Assembly (NCBI GenBank): GCA_013115125.1
Contig: JABANN010000051.1
Coordinates: 62,001-97,867 of the forward strand
Source of the DNA: Perkinsus olseni
Taxonomy: Eukaryota
Direction: 5' to 3'
DNA: 35,867 nucleotides
The notes below the pieces were generated by a model, which saw nothing but the letters and a program-made list of their open reading frames with translations, was not told the origin of the DNA and did not search any database. The position numbers were made by a program, and so were the translations under genes. Below are positions 24,388 through 35,867 of the stretch, piece after piece. Numbering within the stretch: the stretch's first letter is position 1; each line of letters begins with the position of its first letter.

Positions 24388-27300
24388 ATGACAGTACCGA
24401 ATGATCCAAGACAGCTAGGAGAGGCCATAGTGCAACAGGTAGTGGTGGTGGTAGTAGCGTGGCGTCTGGCTCGCTTGGAGTCCAATGCCTCAGCCGCGCG
24501 TTCGAAGCACATAGCGCTGAACTTCGTGGTGCATTCTACAGAGCCGGAGGTGTACGAACGAGATGTGTGTAGTAGCATGTGTTTGTCTTGGAAAACGGGC
24601 GTGTTGGCATCAGGAACGAACGCTCGAATTTTTCCGTTAAATCCTATATTTTCTCGATTTTGGCTAACTCATTTGTACGCATAAGGGATCTCAGTTTGCC
24701 GTGTCCGCTGCGAGTGAGCGGCTTTGACGAGCCGACCCGCATTGTCGCTTCTCCTAGGTAAATCTCTTACATACGTCGCCAGCAGCCGCCAAGAGTGTCA
24801 CGGCCGCTTTAGAAGAGTTTCAGCACCACCCTCGCGCCCTTGAGACAGTAGGTCTCCCTGTCGTGCTCAGTCCTCTACTGGAAGCCCAGATACGGCTGCT
24901 GCTGTCAAATCCCTCGGGTACGCCAATTCAAGCGGAGCACTATGCTGCGCACGCCCTGGCGACCAAGATACAGTTGAAGGCGGTCCCTGCTGGCAATGCG
25001 GTGAGTTCAATCGCCTCAGTCGGTATTGAGTAGGTTGATGGTTTCTTCTCAGGAGTTTTTGAAGCAGCTGTTGGAGTGGGTTGGGCTGTACAGTACAGGG
25101 TCATCCCATGGAGCTATGGGGGCGGTAAGAATGACCGGCGGCGAGTCATCGTTCCCTCCCATTTACTGCGGTAGCGTCGGTGCAGGTCCTGAGACAGCTC
25201 TCTCAAGCTACGGCGGATTACCTTCTGTTGAGTAATCAGCAGTTAAAGAGTAACGGACAACAGACGGCTGACTTGATGGACGCCATAGGGTACTATTCAA
25301 TATCTTACCAGTGCGCCACTGCAGGCGCATCTTTAGGCCTCTACCGCCCATGGGCAAGCTGTCTATATTATCACAGCTCCCTGATGAGCTCATGAGCACT
25401 AAGCTTTTCTTGCATGCTGTTGACCGCGGATCAGTTACGGATGATATGGTATTACCGGGGAGAAGCTATCGCGGAAATTCTGTGAATCTTGGGTTGATGC
25501 TTGCATTTGAAGGAAATGCCGGTCTTTTGGGCGGGGCCTTTGCTGTTGAGGTTCAGTGATGTGGTGATTGTAGGTGACTAAATACTGCCCTAAGGTCCTC
25601 ACTTTAGTGAACGACATGAGCTCAAACACACAGGATGCAACCGTTACTAATGAATGCATTGTTGTCTTCCGAAAGTGGATCAAACTGGCGAGGTAATGAT
25701 ACGATCAGGGCTCGAGTGGGGTGCTCTGGACGCTCTGAGCAAATTATGAAGAGACGACTCTAATCTGATGCTCACGTAAAGCAGTTCCTTGGCGACCCTA
25801 GTTGTTGCTTGGACCTCCTTGTACTTACTCTCATTTCTCGTCTGCATCACAGAATGGAAAACGGGTTTTTATTCGGACCACCGATTCTTTTCTAAGTATC
25901 TTCTTCTTCTTGACTGCGTTGATTGCCTACTGATAAGACGATCACGCGGGCATCATCACCGTCAGGTTCTCGAGTAAAGCTCGTAGCCGTCGGGCACTGG
26001 GTGATAGGGCCCCAAACGAGCTAGTGCTGCCAGCAATTCTGAATCTTAGTATATTCAGGAACGTCCTCGTGGCCTTCCACAGCTCGAGGTAACATAATCT
26101 GCTGTAGTAGTCGAATCGTCCACTGGATATTCATTATCTCAGTACGCCGGTATCAATCATGGAGCAGTGCGCTTTTGTCTTGAGCGAATGTTTATCTGTC
26201 ACTACTGACACCACCGACAAGGACAGCGGCAGGTAGTAGCAGTAGTAGTGGTAACGGTGGTGGTAGTAGCAGTAGTAGTGGTGCTGATAGCGGTATTGGG
26301 GCATATTCTCGTTGTGTTTCAGTTTCGAGATGGTGCTTGCTATTGCCGAGGCTATCATAGTGCTCGGACGGCAGCTTTCAGAGGCCATACCTGCAGGTAG
26401 GGCAGTAATAGTGGCTCTGGAATGCTTCAACGGACGAATGCGTTTGACATGACGGGGTTTTGGACAATTTTTGGGGTCACCGCCCGGCTTCCCTGAGAAT
26501 TCCGATGAAGTGCCGCTGTCCTCAGGGACTGATTCTTTCATTTCCGAGACCACAAAATACGATTGGGAGTTAATACAGAGGAGCAAGTACTATGTTGAAG
26601 CCGCATACTTGTGGCTGGTCTTGCGACGTGGTCATTCAGATTGGTGTGCCGATTGCTATCGGAGTTCGGTCTCACTCACTTCTTCCCTCTGGTCGTATTG
26701 GCATCCCCCAACAGCGAGCATCCAGATAAGGAAAGAATCAAGGCTGTGGTACGTAATCGATCGTTGGGGCGCGCGCGTAGGGTCTTCTTCTATTCCAGGT
26801 TACAGCCATTCTGCAGTTAGCCCTTCATTTTGTTAGAGTCCGGCATGTCGAGCTGGCGGGCACTGCACTTGAATTTTGGTAGGTATCTTTTTGCCCGCGT
26901 TAACCTCGCATGAGGTGGATGCTCCCAGGTACTCAGCCCTGAGTGGATTCCTGGGAGCGTCTAGTCTGGAAGATGAGGAAGATGACCTCTTTTTCGACGC
27001 CAGCACCCAAGGCACTGGCGAAGGGAACTCACGCTCATTGATGGCGTACTAGGGCCGGGTTGGGATTGGGGGGGGGCACGGGGACTCTGATGAAGGATGC
27101 TGGCAGTACGCTCAAGGTCTCAGCCTTGCACTCTTGCAAAAACGTGATAATATTTAATAGCCCTTGGCAGGATTAATTGAGCCAAGCCGTAGTCCTTTGT
27201 AACTTTGATACCGCTCCTTTGCGAAAGAACAGCTCGCGTTTTTGACATGTGGGATCTATGAGCTTGTTTATAGAGGCGTGTCCAGCTAGTTAACATCCAC

Positions 27301-30300
27301 AGTCAGTAAACAGTCGCCTTAGGCAGTCGTGACTCTTCCGAATTCAAGGGTTTGAGTAGCATAGTGGTCGAAGTTGACTCTAGGCGGCTCGATCACCTCG
27401 ATCATCTCCAAGCACTCCCCCCTCGGCGAGGCGTCCTCGCTGACGATTGTTGTTAATCTCAGGTTGCTAGGTGCCAGGGAGCAGCGGATAGCCGAGAGAG
27501 TTTTACAACATCAGGTGAGATTTTCAGCGACATCATTGCTTGTGCTTCTCCGTTCTTCCTAGGGGAGGGCTGATAAATAATTTAGCAGTAGCTACTCTCT
27601 CGGGAGGGAAAGTCAGCTCGACCGACCTTGTGAGTGTGAGAAATATGAAGGAGTCCCGTTCACTGATAGTTTGATTTTCGTTATAGCTCATTCACGTTAC
27701 TTGGTAGTCCGTAGCTCGGCGAGTGTTGGCTCCTGTCAAGTCGCGGATGTTTTCAGAACCAAGAACTGACTCTGCCTTTCCTCGAACCCTGGTTCAAAGA
27801 GCTCGTACCAGCCCTGCTTATTGCCATATGTTGTCCAGCCGATATCGAGAAGGCAGACCAGGATGAAGGGTTCGAGATCGAGCCATTTGTGGACTTCCGC
27901 GAGGTAGTGGCTAAGTGGCCATGGATGCTTCGGACCTGTCGTCGGCTCGCGTGAGTAGCGTACTGAGATAGAATTTTCAGACAGTTGTCATGCGTGAGGT
28001 TAGCGAGTTGTCTTGAACTGATGTAGTAGCACTACAGTAGCTGAAGTTATCATGTAGAGTTGAGCTGCAGCGTATTTGAGATTGGGCGTGCAGTTGAAGG
28101 GCAGAAGGCAGTCGAGTTGTTATCTCCGCCGTCGTTGTTTCAGTCCTGCGCCCAAGTCATTTCGGATAGTTGCTCAATAGTCGACCCTGAATGGATCATT
28201 GAGCAGATCGGAGAAACATTGTCGCAGTGTTGTCAGACAGATCAGGTGAGGGTGTTGGTATGATGTCGCTCCTAGCGATAATGGTCCCCTAGGCGTCCGG
28301 TCTGGTCCGTGCCCCCTGGCAGCGCGTGGAGGCATGCATTTACGTTCTCACTGCAGTAGCACCCAAAGCTTTCGCTGGTCAGGACGAGGTGACTGCTTGT
28401 TGATGTCTCAGTAGTCAGTCTTAGAAATGATGGCGTTCAGGTCATTCCGGGGCTGTTGCGGTTGTTGCCCAAGTTGGACTACCCATCGGAAGGCTTACCT
28501 GCATTGTTGCTGCGGACAGGGGCTGGTAGTAGCAGTAGAGTGGGCTCTTACTGCTTCGTTCAACGACGCTCTTATAAGCATATCGTTGATTGAAAGACAG
28601 CGAGTCAAAGAGAATCTTCGCGCCTGATATATGCAGAATCGTGGAGTTGATAGCGCTATATCGGCAGCAAAGAGAAAATTTTTGCGTTCGAATCAGGTCG
28701 CATAGTACTGTACACAAGCTGCTACCTGGCGGAGCAGAAGGAGCTCTGCGTGACTCTACTCAACTTCTTCTGCGAGACTATCATCCCAGGTAGGGTCGCC
28801 CAACCCCACCTCAGAAAGACGCTTTGAGTACTGTTAGTTCTTCCTACGGTATCGACTAGCGGAGGAGCCTCGAGGGACATCCTCAAGCTGTCGCAGAAAG
28901 TGTGTACTGATGCGGTGAAGACGGTACGCTCTCAGTGAGAGGAGCTGTTGCGCAAGAGTTGGTGATGGCAGGTTCTGATGGCGGCTCGAATGATGTTGGT
29001 ACAGAGTCTTGCGGAGAAGGACAGGCCACAGTGGGAGCACCTCGTCCAGGGACTGGTAGTTGATCATTGATATGGTGGACCGATCGTCACCATTGTCGTT
29101 CCCTTGCAGGCCTCGGTATGTTTATTGCCCACTTTGGACATTGATGCACGAATTAGTATTGTTACCGGCCTGGGATCGGTCTTTGCCGTGCTGCCTGCCT
29201 GGGAGCAGATCACGGCGAGTTTGAAGGACTTCTGCAGGTAGATGGGAGGTGGTTATGAGACCATCTACTATGCTTGTCTCTACCATCGGGCTGGGCGACC
29301 GCTACGCCCGGATAAGTAGTTGGTGACTAGTTTGTAGCCAGTGAGGGTAGTGCGTAGGGGGAGACTCCGTCTTGCCCTTAGCGCTAGTTGTGAGAGAATT
29401 CGTAAACGGTGAATGCACTGCTCTTTTGGACTGCCTGAGTAATGTGACTGAGCTGTTCTCCCCATTCTATCAGGCTAACAGCGGAGCCCTTGACGAAGGC
29501 CCTGCAGGACTATCGGCCTCCACGCAACAACATGGTGTCTGGGCCACCGGCAGTCAAGTTGTTCCTAGCGAGCCTCAGCTGTTGTGGACATATCCGCAAC
29601 GAGTACGTGCGCGACCTCTCACACAGGCCCCCGCTTGTTGTGATTTGTCATCGCTATGTTTCCTGTCAGCTACTCTGCGGACGATGAGCCCACGACCCAC
29701 CCATTGCTGGCTAATCTAGAAGAGTACTGGTCGACTGTTCAGCAGGTGGTGATGTCGGTCGTTATTTATCACCAAGATCTCTCCCAGCAGCTGTGTAAGT
29801 TAGTTCATTCACCGTTAAACCGTGGATAAGCGAGCGGGCTTTAGCTGTCCCTTGCGGAATCATCGGTCTTCCCTGATCTCGACAGAAGCTCTAGCAAGTC
29901 GCCGAATATTGTGGGCGAATAGACCATCGTGCATCATGCAGCTTCGTATGATGCTTGTTACCGCTATAGCCTATGGCGATAACAGAGCCGCTTGTCTGTA
30001 CTTTGCTGTCACACCTACTCTGAGTCTAGCTGAGAGGGCCTCAGCGCTTTCCTTCATGATTAACGCCCGCAAAGGCCCGGAAGAGGCACTCCTTATACTG
30101 AGTATTCGACTATCTCATCTAGTGGGCTACTTTGTAGTCCCCCCCCCTCGCAGGACGGAACATCGTTGAACGCTGTTGGTGTACAGGTGTTGCATTTGGG
30201 CACATTTTCGCTTACACTCGAGACGTCGCCCCACAGTCGGCGGTTTTCATACCGACGCTACGTGAGTCCACATGAATTATGTGGCGCGTGAGGAAACTGG

Positions 30301-32197
30301 CTCTTTGATCAGAGCTGGTGTCAGAGGCGTTCAGGGCGGCACCGTTGAGCTGTTGGATGCAGTTGGTCAGGACTTTCGTGGCTCTGTTCGGAGAACTCAC
30401 CCGGGTGAGGGGCCCTCGCTTTCTCCACTTCCTGTGAGTAACGTTGGTGTTATCAGGTCCATACGGAGTTGGTCAACACGCTGTGCGATCTCAGTGCTAC
30501 CTTCGTGGCCCACAGTAGGTCTACTTGGGTAGGAGCGTTCGGTACCAAACTTCTTTGAATTCACGTCTCCTTTGATACTGAGTGGATAATCGCTTCTGTG
30601 ATCTGTGGTGCAGTGCAAACACAGGGAGCTCTACTGTTCCCTATGCGATTCAAAGCCTCGTTCGGGGACCGTAAGACGTCCGGCGCCTTCATCTGAAGTC
30701 CACTGGGCACCGGGCTGCTTTCGCGGTCTAATATCAACCAACTTACCTATCTTATCTAATATCAACTTACTTATCAGTAGCTCCTCGTACCGCGGCTTAG
30801 ATCTCGCGTCTTTCTCGGCGCATCAGGAATGTTTCTAGTTGCTTTGATTGGCCTATTGGCGTATCTAAGGTTCATCCCTGCAGCAGAGCAACATGTCCTT
30901 AACAGCCCTCACGACAGACGAGAGTAAGATGGTGGCCGAGACCTACCTCGTTCTCGGCGAAGTTCTCAGATTTGTCGATCTGGTAAGCGTGAGACTCACC
31001 CTTGGAGACAGGCCTCGTAGTTGATCCTTGATCTCAGGTGCATGTGGTTCTGCCAGCGGGGTGGCTGCTTCCAACGACTAAGCTAGCTATTGCATGTTTA
31101 GAGGCTGCCCCGATCGATGTAAGTTGGCGGGGGTGCATCTGAGCGTGGGGGCGCTGCCCGGCGACCCATTTTTACTACTATGCGATGATGCGTGCTTCGT
31201 TGTTCTTCATGGGAGACGCTCGTAGTGGCACCACCCCACAACGGTCGGGGGTCGTGATCGTATCTTATGTCGACCCATGGCGATCATGAAATAATGGGCA
31301 GGCACAAACTCAGCCAGCGATAGCAGCGATGCTGCACTTCCTCGAACGTTTGGTCACCTGGACCGACCCGCCGCCGATCATTCATGCCGCCGAGGACACA
31401 GAGAGGGTTTGCCAGGAGAACTGCCAGCTGGTGAGCCCACCTCGGGTCTCCTGAATCGGTATACCTTCTCCTTTCAGGTACGCCAGATACTCCTCTCGTC
31501 CTTTTCTAACGACGCTTCTGGTGGTACGGTATTGGACCACATGCTGCTGGCTCTGGTGCAGATATGGGCCGACAAATGTGATGGATATCCTCAGGTCAGC
31601 TCCTCAACGCACGTAGTCTCGTGATTTCGAGGATATATATTGTTCATGATTGTCATCGATCAACGGTATCATAATCAACGCCGGTGTCGATTATTGGGAC
31701 CCTTGTGGACCGTCTCTGCCAGTCTACTACAATCCTCAATGAACGAAACCTCTTTGTTGTTTTTCAATGATTCCCGCAGGTTCTCCCTACCACTGGAGGC
31801 ATCCTCCGCACTATGCTGTTGTCAAGTTTCCGTGACCGAACCGTGGAATCTTTAGTAAGTCCCAGTATGGCTTCACGATCCTCATCAACCACGTAGTATC
31901 GGTTTGGAATCTTAGCATTCCATGTTTTATCATAAGGAGAGCTTTCGCGTGGATTGCTTTCTGCTGCTCAGAGTAAGGTCATGGCTGAGCCGCTGAGCTT
32001 CCTATCACCGGAGCAGAGGCAGAACGTAGTGTCTAAGCTGGTCACGGATAGGGTAGGTTCAATAAGGAATCTTCGCTGTGCGCAAGATATCCTCTGATCA
32101 GGCTGATGTTCGCGTCTTCGGCCGTATTGTCCAAACGATGGCTAAAGAATTCCACGCCGAAAGGAAGAGAGCGAAGTACGGCAGTTCTTCGATTTGA
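24388..32197 (+). CDS. Karyopherin-beta family protein, transportin-3/Mtr10/importin-13-like (HEAT repeats)
   Basis: Dozens of short helical exons. N-terminus MTVPNDPRQLGEAIVQQ|VNLLHTSP...LEEFQHHPRALE, HYAAHALATKIQ (compare FAAQTLRTKI), ILSQLPDEL (compare LTVLPEE), FVDFRE...ISDSCSIV, WQRVEACIYVL (compare W..xEA.LF); last exon VFGRIVQTMAKEFHAERKRAKYGSSSI*. Internal exon boundaries were not fully resolved. Confidence 0.75.
26233..26283 (+). repeat. Imperfect (GTA/GCA/GTG)n trinucleotide repeat at an intron start
   Basis: GTAGTAGCAGTAGTAGTGGT occurs twice in near tandem, beginning at a splice donor. Confidence 0.75.
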
Positions 32198-32375
32198 GGC
32201 GGAGCGAAGCACGCTCAAACTGCTGAAAAAAAACTAGGATTACTACTACTATCATATAATGCTTGACGTTTCAAAAGATGCTATCGTGTGCTTGCGTGTA
32301 GTACCTCACCAATCGGTTGGTTATGATCATATCGCTAGCGTTGATCTACGTTCGCGTAGCCATAGTCCAGCCATC

Positions 32376-35227
32376 ATGAAGGGCCTCCTTCTGCCTGGCA
32401 TCGGCCGAGACCTTGGTGTGCCTTGCGATAAGGCTCGTGAGGATCCAGGAACGGAGCCTCGGAGCAAGGTGGGAAAGCTCTCTTGGTTCGACCGCATGCT
32501 CATGTCGCTCGAACGGCATGCGCCAGTCCCACTGCTCTTCCGTTGCCATACACGTTACGAGGCTGTTAACCATCTGTTGACTCTTCTCAGGGATCGCTCT
32601 ATTCGACCAGGAGTAGGATATCGACGATGGCAGACACCCCTCTCACTGATGGATCTACTACCCGCCAGCCGGAGTAGGCCTCCCTCGTAGCCCACGATAA
32701 CGGAGTCGTTGCTGCTTCAGAGCGGGTGGGAATGATAGGCCGGTATTTGAGGAAGCGGAGATGGGTGGGAAGAAACTCAGTCAGGATGATTTTGAAGTGG
32801 TCGGCAGTCTTGGATACGGCGGGTAAGCCTTGATATCAGTTGGTTGGAGGTTGGTGCTGTTACTGCGGGAGCACTGATGGACGCTGGGGGCTGTTCCGAG
32901 GACCTGGGCATATGATTGGCTTTCGGAAATGCGTCCGCTGATTTTAAAGGCTTACACGCATGTATCTTGCGCTGACTTCCTCCGGATGCTTTGCCTCCTT
33001 CATTTTTCATATAACATCTCTTTTATAAGTATGCGCTTTAGTTTCGTCATATCGGAATCTTGATTCTCTCGGGTGAGCAGGTACGGTGTGGTACGGCTGG
33101 TCCGTTGGGCCGTCGATCATAAGCTTTACGCTATGAAGTCGGTGGATAAATGGGCTCTGATAGAAAGACGCAACACAGGGGACCAGCGAGTGGTAGGCTC
33201 CTTGTCGACACACCCTGCGCCAGACTCGGTTGTCTTAGGTCCAGCGGCTTGCTGACGAACGGGACTTCTACGCCTTTGCTTCTCATGACTGTCCTTTCTT
33301 GGTGCAGTTTGTAATAGGGAGGGAGCCTCGTAGACAGTCGCACTCGGAATGGTGCTCAGGTTGGCAGCTTTCAATCTTCCAAGAGATTCTACTTTGTCTT
33401 GGAGTTCTGCAGCGGGGGAGAGTTGCTGGACAGGGTAATGCTGGTCGTGGTGTTCTCCTGAGGGACTCGCGAGCACTCAGTGGGCGGACTAGTCAACCCC
33501 CAAGGTCTTCGTGAAAAATGTAACCACCGAGCTTCTGTTCATCTGTCTCGCGCGGAGCTCAAGGCTTCAGTATAAAAGGGCGCCATCGTCGTATAGATTG
33601 CTGATAAAATCAGTGCTGCCGTGCGATATCGTTTCACGCAGAGGTTGTATGCCCGTCCACTAGAACCATAATAGTCTCGGGCGAATCGTTCCGAGTGCTC
33701 GTCGTCGATATAATTGTTGTTGGTAACAGGTGAGGCATTGCGGTGGCAAGTTGCCCTTGGAGGCTTTTAAGGTCTACATTGCTGAGCTCTGCATAGCAAT
33801 CGATTTTATTCACAGTAAGCACCATGCCATCCACAGGTACTACCATTGTATCCGTCCCCTCAGCTCTTCCACTACTGTTGTCGGTCTCCTTTTCAATCTC
33901 AGGGACATCAAGTTAGAGAACGTTCTGATAGGCTCGGACGGTCACGTGAGGCTCACTGATTTCGGCTGCTGTACGTCAGGGCTCAAGGCCGGCTCCATCG
34001 AAACTGCGTCATCTCAGGCAAGCCTAATCTTAATCGCTTTGGCGGCGGGACGAACAGTGTGATAGGCTTCTCGATCGACATCATGCCGCCTGAGTTTTTC
34101 ACTGGTAATAACTGAAACCTTCTCCGCCTTTCGATGATGATCGTCTGTCAGGGAGCGGCTACGGCTACCCGCTGGACTGGTTCCAGCTCGGGATTCTAGG
34201 GTGAGCACTGCGGTGTAGACCTCAATAAGGAGGTGTTATGGCAGGTTTGAAATACTTAATGGTAGACACCCATTCGGCAGTTTCTCGGCGGACCCTGATG
34301 AAGAGCAGAAGTGGTACCCGCCTAGATATGTGAGGCTTGATCGTTGCCACTCGAATCGCAGCTAGAGGTGTCAGAATGGCGACGTGCCACCGGAATATCA
34401 AGAGCTGGTTAATGGCCTGCTGCACCCGGACCCCGGAAAAAGGTGGAGTACTCTCGACCGCGTGAAGGGGTCTACTTTGTTCGAAGGGTTTAACTGGGGA
34501 GCCGCAGCCAGGAAGGAATTACAGGTATCGAGCAGGTCATTCTCGCGGGGGTTGTCTCTTTACTGGCAGACCGAACGACCTCGATGTGATCCGGGATTAA
34601 TGGCAAGGAAGTTCGCTTTCCTGTCAGGTACCTTGGTTGCCGCCTAAAGTAGACAAAAGCCCGAAAGAAGAGCCTGGCGGGCCGGACGATACCGCCCTCT
34701 GTACTAGCCTCGCGGGAGTATGCTTGTTTGTGTAGAATAGTGTCACTTCTCATCTTTGTTTGTGTCGTTATGAATATCAGTTGATTAACATTGATCAAAG
34801 TCCGTGAGGTAGGAGTAGCCCCTGCTGATAGCGGCCCGGAATGGGTCGTGGCAGTCTGTACCCCAGTACGACCCTTTGCTATACAGGCATGGACGAGAGA
34901 GCGGTGCTCATGGGCGACTAGGAATATGAAAATTTTGTTCCTGTATACAGACGTGTATTGGCGATTTGTGTACGGAAATTTCTGTTGGAGACAGACTACC
35001 CTCCCTAGCGGGGGCGGTCCTGATGCGGCCTTGGTCACTCCGAACGCTGCGCTGCAGGTCGCCGGCGAACCTCCATAACCGACCACTACGACCCTCTGCC
35101 GCTTCGACGGTTCAGCTTCTGTTACAACCAATTCACCGCTAAGGACGCCGATGTGACCCCTCGTAGTGCCTAGGATATTACTTCTGAGTGTCACTGTAGC
35201 TTCGTCAGGTTCCGAGGATATTCATAA
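32376..35227 (+). CDS. AGC-group Ser/Thr protein kinase
   Basis: Spliced: DDFEVVGSLGYGG|YGVVRLV, LYAMKSVDK, LADERD, PFLVQF|VGSFQSSKRFYFVLEFCSGGEL, YIAELCIAIDFIH, HR|DIKLENVL, RLTDFG, PPE, LDWFQLG, GRHPF, LLHPDPGKR, FEGFNW, VPWLP. A putative terminal exon FRGYS* ends at 35227; the 3' end beyond ~34720 is less certain. Confidence 0.85.
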
Positions 35228-35639
35228 CACTTCGAGTGAGGACGGCATGTGAAGGAGAGAGGACAGCGGAATGCCAAGATTTGACTTGGCGATTTTTTAA
35301 ACTTGACTGTGCTTTTTTGAGCCCCTTGCTGTTTTACCGGGTGAGGGAGATCAGGGAAGTCTCCCTCGGCAGCACAGTGTGTGAGGAGCAGTTTCACCAT
35401 TTGAGTGTAAATAACGGAGTCCGTCGACGGGGGCACATGCCTCCCGTTGAAGCAGCTGAGGAGTACTGCGGCATTTCATCGTTTGACTGCAGGAATATTT
35501 CGTACACGGGCCTCCCTACCTTTACCATAAGAACCATCTTGTCGCCAGATCTGGCTTTCTCGGCCCGGGTGCCTTGAGTTGGTCTGGGCGATAACGGGGG
35601 ATTCCAAAGCACTTGTGATTTGTTGTTGTTGTTGTTGTT

Positions 35640-35798
35640 ATGACTACTTCAGTAGCAGTACCCGGGGCGGTGGATGTCGCCCCGACGGTCTCAGAGTCTC
35701 GAGGGGAGGCCTCGGCAGCGCTCTATCCGATAGCACTACTCATTGACGAGCTCCGCAGTGAGGATGTTGACCTGAGAATCAACGCGATGAATCAACTG
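35640..35798 (+). CDS. PPP2R1A: PP2A scaffold subunit A (PR65), first exon only (partial)
   Basis: MTTSVAVPGAVDVAPTVSESRGEASAALYPIALLIDELRSEDVDLRINAMNQL contains the diagnostic PR65 HEAT1 motif LYPIAxLIDELR.EDV.LR.N. Confidence 0.92.

Positions 35799-35867
<69 letters not shown>
35799..35867 (+). repeat. Perfect (GTA)n microsatellite running to the window end
   Basis: 69 nt (23 units) of GTA starting exactly at the PP2A-A intron 1 donor. Confidence 0.98.

Noticed and set aside
26134..26586. ORF with a Tyr/His-rich repeat (YRYQHHYYCYYHH)
   Set aside because: Antisense translation of an intronic trinucleotide repeat inside the karyopherin gene.
32355..32363. CGTAGCCAT, matching the 5' part of the spliced leader, just upstream of the kinase ATG
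   Set aside because: Only 9 nt and the rest of the leader is absent; the gene is intron-rich, which argues against recent retroposition.
34490..35194. 234-aa minus-strand ORF
   Set aside because: Overlaps the kinase 3' exons antisense, has no recognisable motif, and relies on a non-ATG start.

Overview
Gene-dense, intron-rich eukaryotic nuclear DNA, about 50% GC by eye, with most introns about 45-70 nt and GT-AG. The style (tiny introns, compact intergenics, a prodomain-less subtilisin) suggests an alveolate such as Perkinsus; this is an inference. The six-frame ORF track is largely uninformative because almost every gene is spliced, so I assembled gene models by hand. Left to right: a three-Neuralized(NHR)-repeat + IQ protein (-), a ~76-aa single-pass membrane microprotein (+), SmG (+), a single-RRM Lys-rich protein (+), tRNA-Ser(AGA) (+), a BRAP2/ETP1-type zf-UBP protein (-), casein kinase 1 (-), V-ATPase subunit E (+), an intronless S8 subtilisin (-), Spb1/FTSJ3 (+), a transportin-3/importin-13-like karyopherin (+), an AGC kinase (+), and the first exon of the PP2A scaffold A subunit running into a terminal (GTA)n repeat. 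I found no convincing novel multi-gene system, mobile element or CRISPR array. The most interesting details are a BRAP with a collapsed RING finger, a subtilisin with no propeptide and an altered catalytic-Ser motif, a kinase with a non-canonical activation segment, a structured SmG intron with an Sm-site-like motif, a tRNA lacking an oligo-T terminator, and splice donors embedded in trinucleotide repeats.
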